Shown here: piece after piece, positions 9,434 to 18,782 of the stretch | Layout: every line of letters starts with the position of its first letter | Position numbering within the stretch: the first letter of the stretch is position 1 | NCBI GenBank assembly: GCA_037310415.1 | Contig: CP147780.1 | Span: 1,568,001-1,632,000, forward strand | Length of the DNA stretch: 64,000 nt | Reading direction: 5' to 3' | Source of the DNA: Candidatus Atabeyarchaeum deiterrae | GTDB lineage: Archaea; Asgardarchaeota; Atabeyarchaeia; Atabeyarchaeales; Atabeyarchaeaceae | Position numbers and translations under genes: made by a program | The notes under the pieces: generated by a model | What the model was told of the DNA's origin: nothing | What the model saw: only the letters and a program-made list of their open reading frames with translations | Databases searched by the model: none

Positions 9434-10789
9434 TCATTCTGATTCAGTCGGCATGAAGGGGATTTTGTACATCTCTATATATCCTATTTCATGACCTTGG
9501 TCACTGACTCTTACCTTTCCAACTTCTATTTTTGCGGCATCACTCGTCTTTACTGCCATTGCTATGGTTGCCTTTCTTCTACTCAGATCTAGCTCTTTGA
9601 GTATGCCGACTGAAACAAGCTGCTCATCGTCTCCCAATATCGCTACCACTGCGTTCCTCATTTCTTCAACCGAAGCCAGTCTCAATTCCTTTCGTGCCGA
9701 TTCATCGATTTCCGCCAATTCGACTTCGACGTTCTGCTCTTCCTGTCTGTCTCCTGGTATCCGTTCGGCAGCGATGTTTTCGTATCTTGCAATGATTGCA
9801 TTCACATAGTGGCTGTTTTCATCACAGTATAGAACTCGGCTCTTTGTGATGCGCTCAACTTCTCTGATGGTCTGGAGGGATGCTTGTCCAGCACGGGCGG
9901 AGAACATTGGTGAGAAGTCGATCTCATCAAAGTGAACTACAAGATCTTTTGAGCCTTCGAAGTACTTTCTGTAAGACGTCTCTCTCAGAAACTTCCTTTC
10001 TTCCTTACTTCGAGTTCTTGCGTAAGGAGAAACTGGCAGTCTGACCAGTTTCACTTCATTGGGGATTTCCCTCAAAATGTCTTCGAGTTCACTTTCTTTT
10101 TGCAAGGCGACTACGCGGTTCACCTTGAGGGTGGAAATCACCTGTAATATGAACTTTAATGCCGCCTGTCCAGTTGTCCATCCCGGCATGTTGATTAACA
10201 GCGTCGCTTCGGGCGCGTTTTTCTGAATGTAATCATTGAGCTTATCCACTCCTCTCAAGACTCTTCCAACTACATAAGCCGGCGATGTCGAACCGACAAA
10301 GAAAATTGAGTCGGGATTCAGCTCGAGAAACTCTGTCACTTGACTATCAAGAAACGAGACCGACATTGTTGTTGGGGGACCGATCTCACCTTGCCCCATG
10401 TCGGCATCCATGACCACTACCTGGAAATTCTCTTTGACCAAAATGTTGCCCAGGTAAGTGATCAGAGTATTCTTGCCTGTATCGAGCCCACCCAGTACCA
10501 TTGTTCTCAGGTTCTCAGGTCGCTCTCTATGGGTGTCCTTTGCGAAGTCTTTCCACTCAACTGGTATTGTTGATGTCTGCAATTCATCGAGCTTAGCGTT
10601 GTGCCCAAGGACTATGTCAAACATTGATTCATCTGTGGCCTCGATAGCTTTAAGTCGTCCAGCTCGAACTACAAGTGGCTCCTCTGTCGTGAGGCTCTCA
10701 CCGAGAGTAGATGCACTACCGCGCAAGATCCTTACGGAGGCTGGACCTTGGATCAGAAATGTGTGTCCTGCTTTCAGCGTTGTCTTCAT
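9434..10789 (-). CDS. Clp1/Grc3(Nol9)-family polynucleotide 5'-hydroxyl kinase
   Basis: GPASV N-domain, Walker A GGLDTGKNT, DADMGQGEIGPPTT, FFVGSTSP, RSKEERKFLRE. Confidence 0.85.
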   Translation of the reverse strand: MKTTLKAGHTFLIQGPASVRILRGSASTLGESLTTEEPLVVRAGRLKAIEATDESMFDIVLGHNAKLDELQTSTIPVEWKDFAKDTHRERPENLRTMVLGGLDTGKNTLITYLGNILVKENFQVVVMDADMGQGEIGPPTTMSVSFLDSQVTEFLELNPDSIFFVGSTSPAYVVGRVLRGVDKLNDYIQKNAPEATLLINMPGWTTGQAALKFILQVISTLKVNRVVALQKESELEDILREIPNEVKLVRLPVSPYARTRSKEERKFLRETSYRKYFEGSKDLVVHFDEIDFSPMFSARAGQASLQTIREVERITKSRVLYCDENSHYVNAIIARYENIAAERIPGDRQEEQNVEVELAEIDESARKELRLASVEEMRNAVVAILGDDEQLVSVGILKELDLSRRKATIAMAVKTSDAAKIEVGKVRVSDQGHEIGYIEMYKIPFMPTESE

Positions 10790-10952
10790 TGCATTGTGGC
10801 TCCTTCAGGCGACTTCATGAATTGCATAGTTAAAGTTGTCCTCATATCTAAGGTTTTGGCATGGTGGCTTTGACGACCGTGATTGAGACCGTGTAAACGT
10901 CATCTGCCGAAGAAGATCCGCAGATATTTCCCTTCCTGTTTCTGGAACTGGG

Positions 10953-13154
10953 CTATGTGACTTGTCTTGAGGGGTTTCCGTAGAGGATTGGTTTAACCCA
11001 ATTCTGATCTTCAATTCCCTTCTCTCTGATGAATCGCATCCTTGCTTCCCTAAGGGCTTCGCCCACAGGCTTCTTGTTTTTGAGAAGCTCGACGTAGAAA
11101 ACCTCTGTCAATGCTAGCATGGAGTCTGTGAGTGCGTCAGCCGCGACTCCAATGAAACAATCTGGACCAGCGAGTTTAGTGCTGGAAGCCAAGGTGTATA
11201 TGATGCGGTCTTGTTGCCTCCCGTCCCATTTGCGTTCCCATGGTGGAGAATGGACATACGAAACAACGAGTTGCGGATATCTGCTCTTGAAGAGCTTCCT
11301 GAGTTCATGCCCCCTGACTTCTCCATCGTAACATATCCAGGAACTTGCTGTCGGATCCCCCGAGCTCACGGCAGCCGAGCTAATCATGTGAATTATATCG
11401 TACTTCCCTGACGAAAGTAGAGCTATGATCTCCTGTTTCTTAAGCAAGCCCCTCAAGCTATCAGCCTTCACTCTCACGTTTCCAAAGGACTTCTCATCGG
11501 TAAAGAACTTCTCAAGCAGTCCACCGAAGTCACTAGAGGTCGACGACGGTTCTTTCTCAACCCTGCTATCGATAAACAGTATTGACAAAGGTTCATTGTC
11601 GCTTCGAGTTCGTGGTGTTGGTTCTTCCTTGTCTTCGTCAATGGCAGAACCAGGTTCTTCCGTAACCCACCTTGACATGGGTTTCTTCAGGCATAGAAAA
11701 TCTTGACCATCATACAACATCTCCATTGGCACATTAAGGAGATCTTTGTCAACTTCAAGGGCAATGAACTTAGGGTCATCCTCAGTTACTCTTGAAATGA
11801 TGCTCTTGTTGAACATGGTATTCAGGATTGACCCGCCCAACTTCTTCATTTCATCCAAATAACCTAGAGCCATCTTCCGCCTCATGTCTTGTGCACTAAC
11901 GGATGCAGTCCTCGTGTCCAAGTTGGCTCGGAGTCGATCGGCTTCCTTGCTCATTGTTTTGAGAGCATATTCATCAATTGGGATTACTGTCATGTAAACT
12001 GCGCTGACTTTCTCGGGGGCAAAGACAAGCTCAAACTGGTTCTTATGTCTTGTCAAACCCAAGTATCCGACATTCTTACCGATAGTGTCAGCACTACCTC
12101 CGAGAATCAACTTTGCTTCAAATCGGTCCCGCGGATTCGGCATAAATGATTCGACGCGGGCTTTCGCCGAAGAGCTAATGTGATCCGTAGCGTCGATATA
12201 GAATTGTTCCAATGTCTCCTTTACAGCCTCGAGTGAAGTAACATCTTTCTGTCCCAGTATTATGGGGGCAGAGTCTCTGAAACGCCTGAACAATGGAACG
12301 ATTTTCTTCTCAGGAGTGTCTGCGGGGATCGCCAGAGACACGAGATACGAGACTCCAAATTGATCGCGTATCGCTGTGTGGCAACTCAGTAAGTAGAAAT
12401 CGTCAGTCCTCGCCGAGACGAAGCTGGGTGCGCTCTCTCCTGGGGGATGCATGCTTGCGATAATCTTCATTTCCTTGGGTTCCATTGAGAATACTCGGGG
12501 AAACGTTCCTTCCAGGGTTGGTTCAAATCCTTCTGAAGTACCAAGTAGCGCGATCCACATACGTGTCAATTCGGATGGTGCCTGCGGTATTTCCTGCAGT
12601 GCTATTGTTCTTTGTACCAAGTCGACCATTAAACCTTGAAAAGCTTCGGGGACGCCCACACCCGTTGTCGAAACAACTTCAAAAACTCTGTGACCTTTCA
12701 CACTAGATAGCTCGCTAAATTCTGACGGCGTAATCAACTCTTCGCCGAGGTCACGTTTATTCAGCACGAAGACCGTGAGCAGGTCTCGAAAGGAATCACC
12801 CAAGGTGGATGAAAGCTCTTCCATACTGGTTACATTGCTAGTCATTTTGCCTCTCTGCGAATCAGCCACGAATACGATTGCATCAGAGCCTTGAAGAAGG
12901 ATCTTTCTCTCCCTTGAGCAACCATCTGATCCACCGACAGCGAAAAAATCATAAAAGACACCCCCACCGGTTGACAGAGAGGCATAGTCGAAGTATACGG
13001 TCTGACCATAATCGTTCTCGACTGACGTGAAGCCTCCCTTATTCAGTTGGCCAGCATTATCGTAGTACCATTTTACCATGGTTGTCTTGCCTGAGGCGAA
13101 AGGCCCCCATAGCACGATCTTGAAGTGTATGTGCCCTGATTCATCACGGTTCAT
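10953..13154 (-). CDS. Multidomain protein: MglA-like small GTPase + longin/uDENN-like domain + degenerate CHAT domain
   Basis: G1 GPFASGKTT, TVYFDY, DAIVFVADSQ, NKRD; C-terminal CHAT hallmarks L.NVPMEMLYDG..FL, YDIIH, FY..LL...PVGEALREAR, W...ILYGNP. Confidence 0.8.
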   Translation of the reverse strand: MNRDESGHIHFKIVLWGPFASGKTTMVKWYYDNAGQLNKGGFTSVENDYGQTVYFDYASLSTGGGVFYDFFAVGGSDGCSRERKILLQGSDAIVFVADSQRGKMTSNVTSMEELSSTLGDSFRDLLTVFVLNKRDLGEELITPSEFSELSSVKGHRVFEVVSTTGVGVPEAFQGLMVDLVQRTIALQEIPQAPSELTRMWIALLGTSEGFEPTLEGTFPRVFSMEPKEMKIIASMHPPGESAPSFVSARTDDFYLLSCHTAIRDQFGVSYLVSLAIPADTPEKKIVPLFRRFRDSAPIILGQKDVTSLEAVKETLEQFYIDATDHISSSAKARVESFMPNPRDRFEAKLILGGSADTIGKNVGYLGLTRHKNQFELVFAPEKVSAVYMTVIPIDEYALKTMSKEADRLRANLDTRTASVSAQDMRRKMALGYLDEMKKLGGSILNTMFNKSIISRVTEDDPKFIALEVDKDLLNVPMEMLYDGQDFLCLKKPMSRWVTEEPGSAIDEDKEEPTPRTRSDNEPLSILFIDSRVEKEPSSTSSDFGGLLEKFFTDEKSFGNVRVKADSLRGLLKKQEIIALLSSGKYDIIHMISSAAVSSGDPTASSWICYDGEVRGHELRKLFKSRYPQLVVSYVHSPPWERKWDGRQQDRIIYTLASSTKLAGPDCFIGVAADALTDSMLALTEVFYVELLKNKKPVGEALREARMRFIREKGIEDQNWVKPILYGNPSRQVT

Positions 13155-13465
13155 TCGCTGGTTCTCCCCTGTAGGGTTGTTCAGGCGGTCAATGAATAGA
13201 TATCGCCAAGGGAAAGATAGGTCTGCTACCTTCCCTCTTTTCTTATGGTCAAGGTTTCAGTAATTCCTAGTCGATTGCCTTGATAATTAAATTTTGCCTA
13301 GGATCAGAGTGACTTGGAACAAGTATCTGCGAGATTCGATTACTTACACACCCAAGAGTTTAACAAGTCTTAATAGCAAGTTGTGAAGATAAATCAGAAT
13401 AGAAAATGGAGCGCACTAAATGACGGCTGAAGCAGAGATAGATCTACCGCCTGATTCTAGAGGAA

Positions 13466-14503
13466 TTGAAAGGAGAGAACACAGAGTTGAAAGCAGCTTT
13501 TCTAAAAGGTTCCAAGAGGATGATTGTCAAAGACACAGATGACCCAAAACCCAAGACAGGTCAAGTTATCGTTAAAGTGAAATACTGTGGAATTTGTGGC
13601 TCGGATCTTCATTCGTATGAAACAGGAGCCACATCAGGTATCATGGGTCATGAGTTTTCAGGAGAAATCGAATCTCTAGGTGAGTCCGTCCATGGTTGGA
13701 GGGTTGGAGACCGAGTAACGGCTAACCCCAACATTGGATGTGGAACCTGCTTTTACTGCAAGAGAGGAGAGACTAACCAATGTATGAGGTTTGCCTCTAT
13801 CGGGATCATCGGTGCTCCTGGGGCCTTCGCTGAACGTGTTGCGGTTCGAGCCGATTTGCTTCGCAAGCTATCTCAAGGGTTAACCTTTGAGGCCGGTGCT
13901 CTCGTTGAACCTCTAGCACCTCTAGTCAGAGCCTCTAAATACGCCGTAAGGAAGGACGATACGATAGCGATCATTGGAGCTGGAACAATAGGACTCTTTG
14001 CTCTACAATGCTCGAAGCTGGCTGGAGCGAAATCCACATACGTGACTGAGATATCAAGGACGCGTGCTGAAGTTGCAGGAAAGCTTGGTGCAGATCAAGT
14101 TTTCAACCCCAAAGAAGTCAAGGCCGAACAGAAGATAATTGAATTGACGAATGGACTTGGGGCCGATGTCGTCTTCGAATGCGTAGGCAAACCTGAGACT
14201 ATTCAAAGCGCCCAGAGAATTGTCAGAAAAGGTGGAAAAGTCATGATAATTGGCGAGTGCCTTGTCGACGTTCCAACAAATTATGCTGGCGTGTTTATTC
14301 GAGAAATCGAAATAAAGGGGATCTACGATGGTTCTATTCAGGACTTCGAAGAAGCTGCTCAATTAATCGAAAAGGAAAAAGTTAATGTGCGTCCACTAAT
14401 CACGGGCAAAATAGGACTAAGCGAGATAGTGGAGAAAGGTTTTGAAGAGCTTCTTAAACCAGAGAAGAACCACATCAAGATTTTGGTCGATCCTCAGAAG
14501 TAA
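13466..14503 (+). CDS. Zn-dependent medium-chain alcohol dehydrogenase (threonine/butanediol DH-like)
   Basis: CGICGSDLH, GHE, CGTCFYC...C, GAGTIG; alternative start TTG 13487. Confidence 0.92.
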   Translation: MKGENTELKAAFLKGSKRMIVKDTDDPKPKTGQVIVKVKYCGICGSDLHSYETGATSGIMGHEFSGEIESLGESVHGWRVGDRVTANPNIGCGTCFYCKRGETNQCMRFASIGIIGAPGAFAERVAVRADLLRKLSQGLTFEAGALVEPLAPLVRASKYAVRKDDTIAIIGAGTIGLFALQCSKLAGAKSTYVTEISRTRAEVAGKLGADQVFNPKEVKAEQKIIELTNGLGADVVFECVGKPETIQSAQRIVRKGGKVMIIGECLVDVPTNYAGVFIREIEIKGIYDGSIQDFEEAAQLIEKEKVNVRPLITGKIGLSEIVEKGFEELLKPEKNHIKILVDPQK

Positions 14504-14628
14504 CTGGTCTGCAAAAGCATGCGTGTTGTGAACTTTCAAGGCAAACTCGTATTAAGAAGATCAGGCAGGAACGATCTGATGTGAGGCAAGTATTGTAATA
14601 CATTCACCAAGAATTAGAGGGCGAGAAT

Positions 14629-15642
14629 TTGAGAGTGGCTTTTCTCAAAGGTCCGAAAAAGATGATTCTCAAAGATGCCGCTGATCCCACGCCGAAGGCT
14701 GACGAGGTAGTAATCAAGGTCAGATATTGTGGTATATGCGGCTCTGATCTCCACGCCTATGAGACGGGCATTTACTCAGGTGTTATGGGTCATGAGATTT
14801 CAGGGGATATCGAATCCGTGGGTGAATCCGTGAGAGGTTGGAAGACCGGAGATCGCGTGATTCCATACATAGTGTTCTCATGCGGGACTTGCTATCATTG
14901 CCAAAGGGGTTTGCCCAATCTTTGTATGTCGGTTCGTCTTCTTGGATTCACTGCTCCCGGCGGATATGCCGAACACGTCACAGTTCGGGCTAGCATGCTT
15001 CACAGACTCTCCAACGGAACGCCGTATGAGGCGGGCTGCCTCGCAGATGGCGCAGCGGGAGCGCTCAGAGCAGTCAAGTGGTCTGTGAGATCAGGCGACA
15101 CCGTCCTGATCATGGGTGCTGGACCGATAGGTCTCTATGCGATGCAAATCGCTCGAAAGGCTGGAGCATCGAAGGTATATGTAACTCAGGGATCTCAGAT
15201 GAGAGCCGAAGCTGCGAGGAAACTTGGAGCGGACGAGGTTTTCAATCCTGCTAACGTTAGGATCAACCAGAAGATGTTCGAATTAACAAAGGGAATTGGA
15301 CCCGATGTTGTGATCGAATGCGCGGGCAAGCCTGAAACGATTCGAAACGCGCCTATGATCGTAAGAAAAGGTGGAAAGGTCGTTAATATTGGTGAGTGCA
15401 CCGTCGATGTACCAATAAACATCGTTGACTTCACCTTCCGCGAAGCTGAAATGAAAGGAGTCTTCGCATATACAATGGAAGACTTCGAACGGGCAGCCCA
15501 GCTTATCGAGAGAAAGGAGATCAATGTTGCCCCCATTGTGACTGACAAGATAGGTCTGAGCGAAATTGTAGAGAAGGGTTTCGAAGCACTCTTGAGACCC
15601 GACAAGAATCACATTAAGATCCTTGTGGACCCGACGAGGTAG
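14629..15642 (+). CDS. Zn-dependent medium-chain alcohol dehydrogenase, tandem paralogue
   Basis: CGICGSDLH, GHE, CGTCYHC...C, GAGPIG; C-terminus nearly identical to the upstream paralogue. Confidence 0.92.
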   Translation: MRVAFLKGPKKMILKDAADPTPKADEVVIKVRYCGICGSDLHAYETGIYSGVMGHEISGDIESVGESVRGWKTGDRVIPYIVFSCGTCYHCQRGLPNLCMSVRLLGFTAPGGYAEHVTVRASMLHRLSNGTPYEAGCLADGAAGALRAVKWSVRSGDTVLIMGAGPIGLYAMQIARKAGASKVYVTQGSQMRAEAARKLGADEVFNPANVRINQKMFELTKGIGPDVVIECAGKPETIRNAPMIVRKGGKVVNIGECTVDVPINIVDFTFREAEMKGVFAYTMEDFERAAQLIERKEINVAPIVTDKIGLSEIVEKGFEALLRPDKNHIKILVDPTR

Positions 15643-15816
15643 AATTGATGGCGGCAATCGCAGTAGGGATCATCCCAGCTGGAGGTCCTAATCTGTCCAT
15701 GGCCAGACGGTGAAGCAATCTTTATCATTAGCAGACGGTACATCTAGTGTAGTTGCTATTCTCTGGAAGATGCTATTTTCTGCCTGTTTCCTGATTAGTC
15801 AGCTGGTGGCTGGGGA

Positions 15817-17826
15817 ATGGAGATCAAAGAGATCGAAAAGAATCTTCAAAGCAAAGACACTCTAGTCAAACGGGGATCCGCAAGGATGATGAGTGATCTT
15901 CTTGAATCAGATCCAAGTAAACTCAGACAAAGCGATATTGAAACAATAGTCAGCGTAACCAGGGAAGAAGACGACACCCTAACTCTGGAATATCTTCTCA
16001 AGACTTTGGGCTACACGGCCGGAGTCAATCCCAGCTACCTTGTAAATGCAGGTCTGCTTAGAGTTCTCGCTGATATTCTCATAAAGAACATGAGTGGCGT
16101 CGGGATTAACGTAGGTCGCGAAGCGATGCGGCTTATTTCGACTCTCGCTCCATTTGATCCCAAAGGAGCTGAAAATCTAGGGGTAGTGAGACTGATTGTC
16201 AGAGCTCTCACAACCTCAACAGATCCCTATGTCCGTTGGTATGCTCTGATGGGACTAAGAAAGAGCGAGAAATCCCTGATAATGAGAGATGCTGAGGGGA
16301 TTATCGATTACTCAGTTGGCGCGCTTTCCAAGGACAAAGATGAGAGCACTAGGGTCAATGCTGCCGCAATTTTGCTTGTACTTGCGTCAGTTTCACCAGA
16401 GGCGCTGAAGGAAAGAAGTGTGATCAATGCTCTAATTGAGACGCTATCAGCAGATGCGAGCAACAAGGTTAAGGGTTGCGTCGCGTTGGCACTTCACTTC
16501 ATTGCAAAAGACGCCCCATCGCAGCTCAAGGACACCACCATAGGCGACGCTCTCTTGGAAGCGGTTGCCAAGGCGTCTGAAGCACTGAAGGAAAAGGACG
16601 ACAAAGAGATCCGTGAGACGCTAGTTGTAGTAGCATCGACTCTGTCGCTATTAGCTCTGAAGGATCCTGCGGTTTTGAGCAGTGGCAAATCGATTGAAGA
16701 GGTTGGCTTGGCTGATGTAGTGTCCGATCTTCTGCAGCAGAGTGGTGCCGATGCTGGGCTTAAATCGACGCTCGTGTCCACGCTTCTTTACCTTACAGAG
16801 AGCGGTCCTGCGCACCGTTTGAACAACAGAAAGATGGTTGAGGCCCTAGTCAAACTGCTTGAGAGTAGCAAGGAGGAGTACACCGTAAGCAGTTCAGCGG
16901 TATCGATCCTCAAGAGAACGGCATCATCATATCCAGTTCTATTCGCTAACTCGAGTCTGTTGGAGAAATTGGCAGAAGTCTCTCTTGGCAGAGATAGGAA
17001 AGAAGAGAATGGGTTCGAGCGTCGAGGGTTGCGCCCAACGGTTGTTCTAGATGCGCTTTTGAGTTCGGAAAAGGGCTTTCAAACTGTTGTCAAAGGCTTT
17101 GCAGAAGTCTACCAAACCAAGCCTAATTTGATCGATGATTTGTGCACAGCTAACAAGTGGCAGAATGTTCTTGAGGCAGTTAGAAAAGAGGAATTGACTC
17201 AGCATAAGCCAAAAAGCGTGGAGACCCCAGTTGCCCCACCTGCAGAGAGAAAAGTCGAAGCGGTTATTCCAAAGGAAGAACAAGTAACCACTGCAAGAAC
17301 CACAACTGTCGTACAAAAAGAGGAAGCCAAGTCGTACAAGTTGAACGAAGACCAAACGAAGACTCTTCAAGACATCTTCAAGAAACATGACAAGATAAAA
17401 ATGAAAGACCTCGCAAAGAAACTCAAGATTAGTGAGGACATTATCAGGGCCGCGTTGGAGCGTTCAATTCAGTCAGGCAAAGTAGCTTTCAGAATACAAG
17501 ATAATGTGCTCTACATTAAAGCAAAACAACCAGCTGGTCCCGCAAAGGTCGAAAAGCCAGCTCCTCTGATGCTTGAGAAAGGTAGGAAACCTGGAGTCTC
17601 TAATTGCTTCTGGTGTGGTTCAGCAATGAGTGAGAGCGAAGAAGCGTGTCCCAATTGCGGAAAGTCGCGCCCAAGGTGCTTAATCTGTAATGAGGCCATT
17701 GGCGATGTGAATAACTTGGAGAGATGCTATTTCTGCGGAGCTACTTTCCACGTCGAACACTACAAGGAATGGGCAGACTCAAAGAAGTCGTGTCCAAGAT
17801 GCAGCGTCAGTTGGTCGAAGACTTGA
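15817..17826 (+). CDS. ARM/HEAT-repeat protein with winged helix, Zn ribbon and C-terminal RING-like finger
   Basis: Helical repeats aa ~1-450; IKMKDLAKKLKISEDIIRAALERSIQSGKV WH-like; CFWC..CPNC; CLIC..CYFC.ATFHVEHYKEW..CPRC. Confidence 0.78.
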   Translation: MEIKEIEKNLQSKDTLVKRGSARMMSDLLESDPSKLRQSDIETIVSVTREEDDTLTLEYLLKTLGYTAGVNPSYLVNAGLLRVLADILIKNMSGVGINVGREAMRLISTLAPFDPKGAENLGVVRLIVRALTTSTDPYVRWYALMGLRKSEKSLIMRDAEGIIDYSVGALSKDKDESTRVNAAAILLVLASVSPEALKERSVINALIETLSADASNKVKGCVALALHFIAKDAPSQLKDTTIGDALLEAVAKASEALKEKDDKEIRETLVVVASTLSLLALKDPAVLSSGKSIEEVGLADVVSDLLQQSGADAGLKSTLVSTLLYLTESGPAHRLNNRKMVEALVKLLESSKEEYTVSSSAVSILKRTASSYPVLFANSSLLEKLAEVSLGRDRKEENGFERRGLRPTVVLDALLSSEKGFQTVVKGFAEVYQTKPNLIDDLCTANKWQNVLEAVRKEELTQHKPKSVETPVAPPAERKVEAVIPKEEQVTTARTTTVVQKEEAKSYKLNEDQTKTLQDIFKKHDKIKMKDLAKKLKISEDIIRAALERSIQSGKVAFRIQDNVLYIKAKQPAGPAKVEKPAPLMLEKGRKPGVSNCFWCGSAMSESEEACPNCGKSRPRCLICNEAIGDVNNLERCYFCGATFHVEHYKEWADSKKSCPRCSVSWSKT

Positions 17827-18163
17827 CGAGACCCATTTTAGTATTCAACAATAAGAAACTAGGTAGGAAGATGCTTCAACTGTTTGCAAGAGAAGGGCTT
17901 GCAGCGAAAGGCTCTTTTTTGGTCATGCTATATACTGCAATGACTTCCAACGATGCTATCGTGAAGAGTTGCGATCAATCTGAACATCGATAGTCTAAGG
18001 GTCTTCTTCACAGCATTCTCGCGGTGATTTCCTCAATTGGTTATGACCTGGACACAACATATAACCCGATGCATCAACCAAAAATGAGTTTTTCACCGGT
18101 TTTTCTGAGAAGGTTACTAGGAATAGCTATCCTTTTATCTATCAACTGTAATAAACACGGCTC

Positions 18164-18637
18164 ATGAGCGAGATCAGTGAAAAAGACTTAGAGATTCTGA
18201 GAATTCTGCAAGAGAACTGCAGACTGAGAGCAAAGGAGATCTCTGAAAGAGTCGGAACTCCAATATCGACAGTCTTCGCCAAGACGAAAAAGATGGAGAA
18301 AGAAGGAATAATCAAGGCATATAAGGCCGTGCTTGATGCTGCGAGACTCGGAGTGGGCGCGACGGCATTCATCTTGGTATCGTATGAGCAACAAGGCACT
18401 GGAGGCGACTCTGGTCCCTCACAGAGAGATGTCGCAAAGCAGATCGCTAGGCTCAGGGAAGTGCAAGAAGTCCACATAATAGCTGGAGATTGGGACATAC
18501 TCGTCAAGGCAAAGGCGAAGAGTGTTGACGCTATCGGGAAACTTGTTCTTGACAAAATGAGAATCATAAAAGGCGTCAAGAGAACGCTTACTTGCACAGT
18601 TTTTGAAACTGAAAAAGAGACGACAGATCTCTTGTGA
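18164..18637 (+). CDS. Lrp/AsnC family transcriptional regulator
   Basis: DLEILRILQENCR, HTH, EGIIKAY, EVHIIAGDWD. Confidence 0.93.
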   Translation: MSEISEKDLEILRILQENCRLRAKEISERVGTPISTVFAKTKKMEKEGIIKAYKAVLDAARLGVGATAFILVSYEQQGTGGDSGPSQRDVAKQIARLREVQEVHIIAGDWDILVKAKAKSVDAIGKLVLDKMRIIKGVKRTLTCTVFETEKETTDLL

Positions 18638-18782
18638 AATCGAAGGGCGGACAACGTCATTAGTGAAAGTTGCGGTAACCTTCTCAACCTCGGATTACAA
18701 ATCAGCTCTCTATTGTGGATCTGAACAGAACCATTCTCTGGCAGGCCAATTTGGAGTTTAGTCGCTGAAAGGAGAACGTGGA

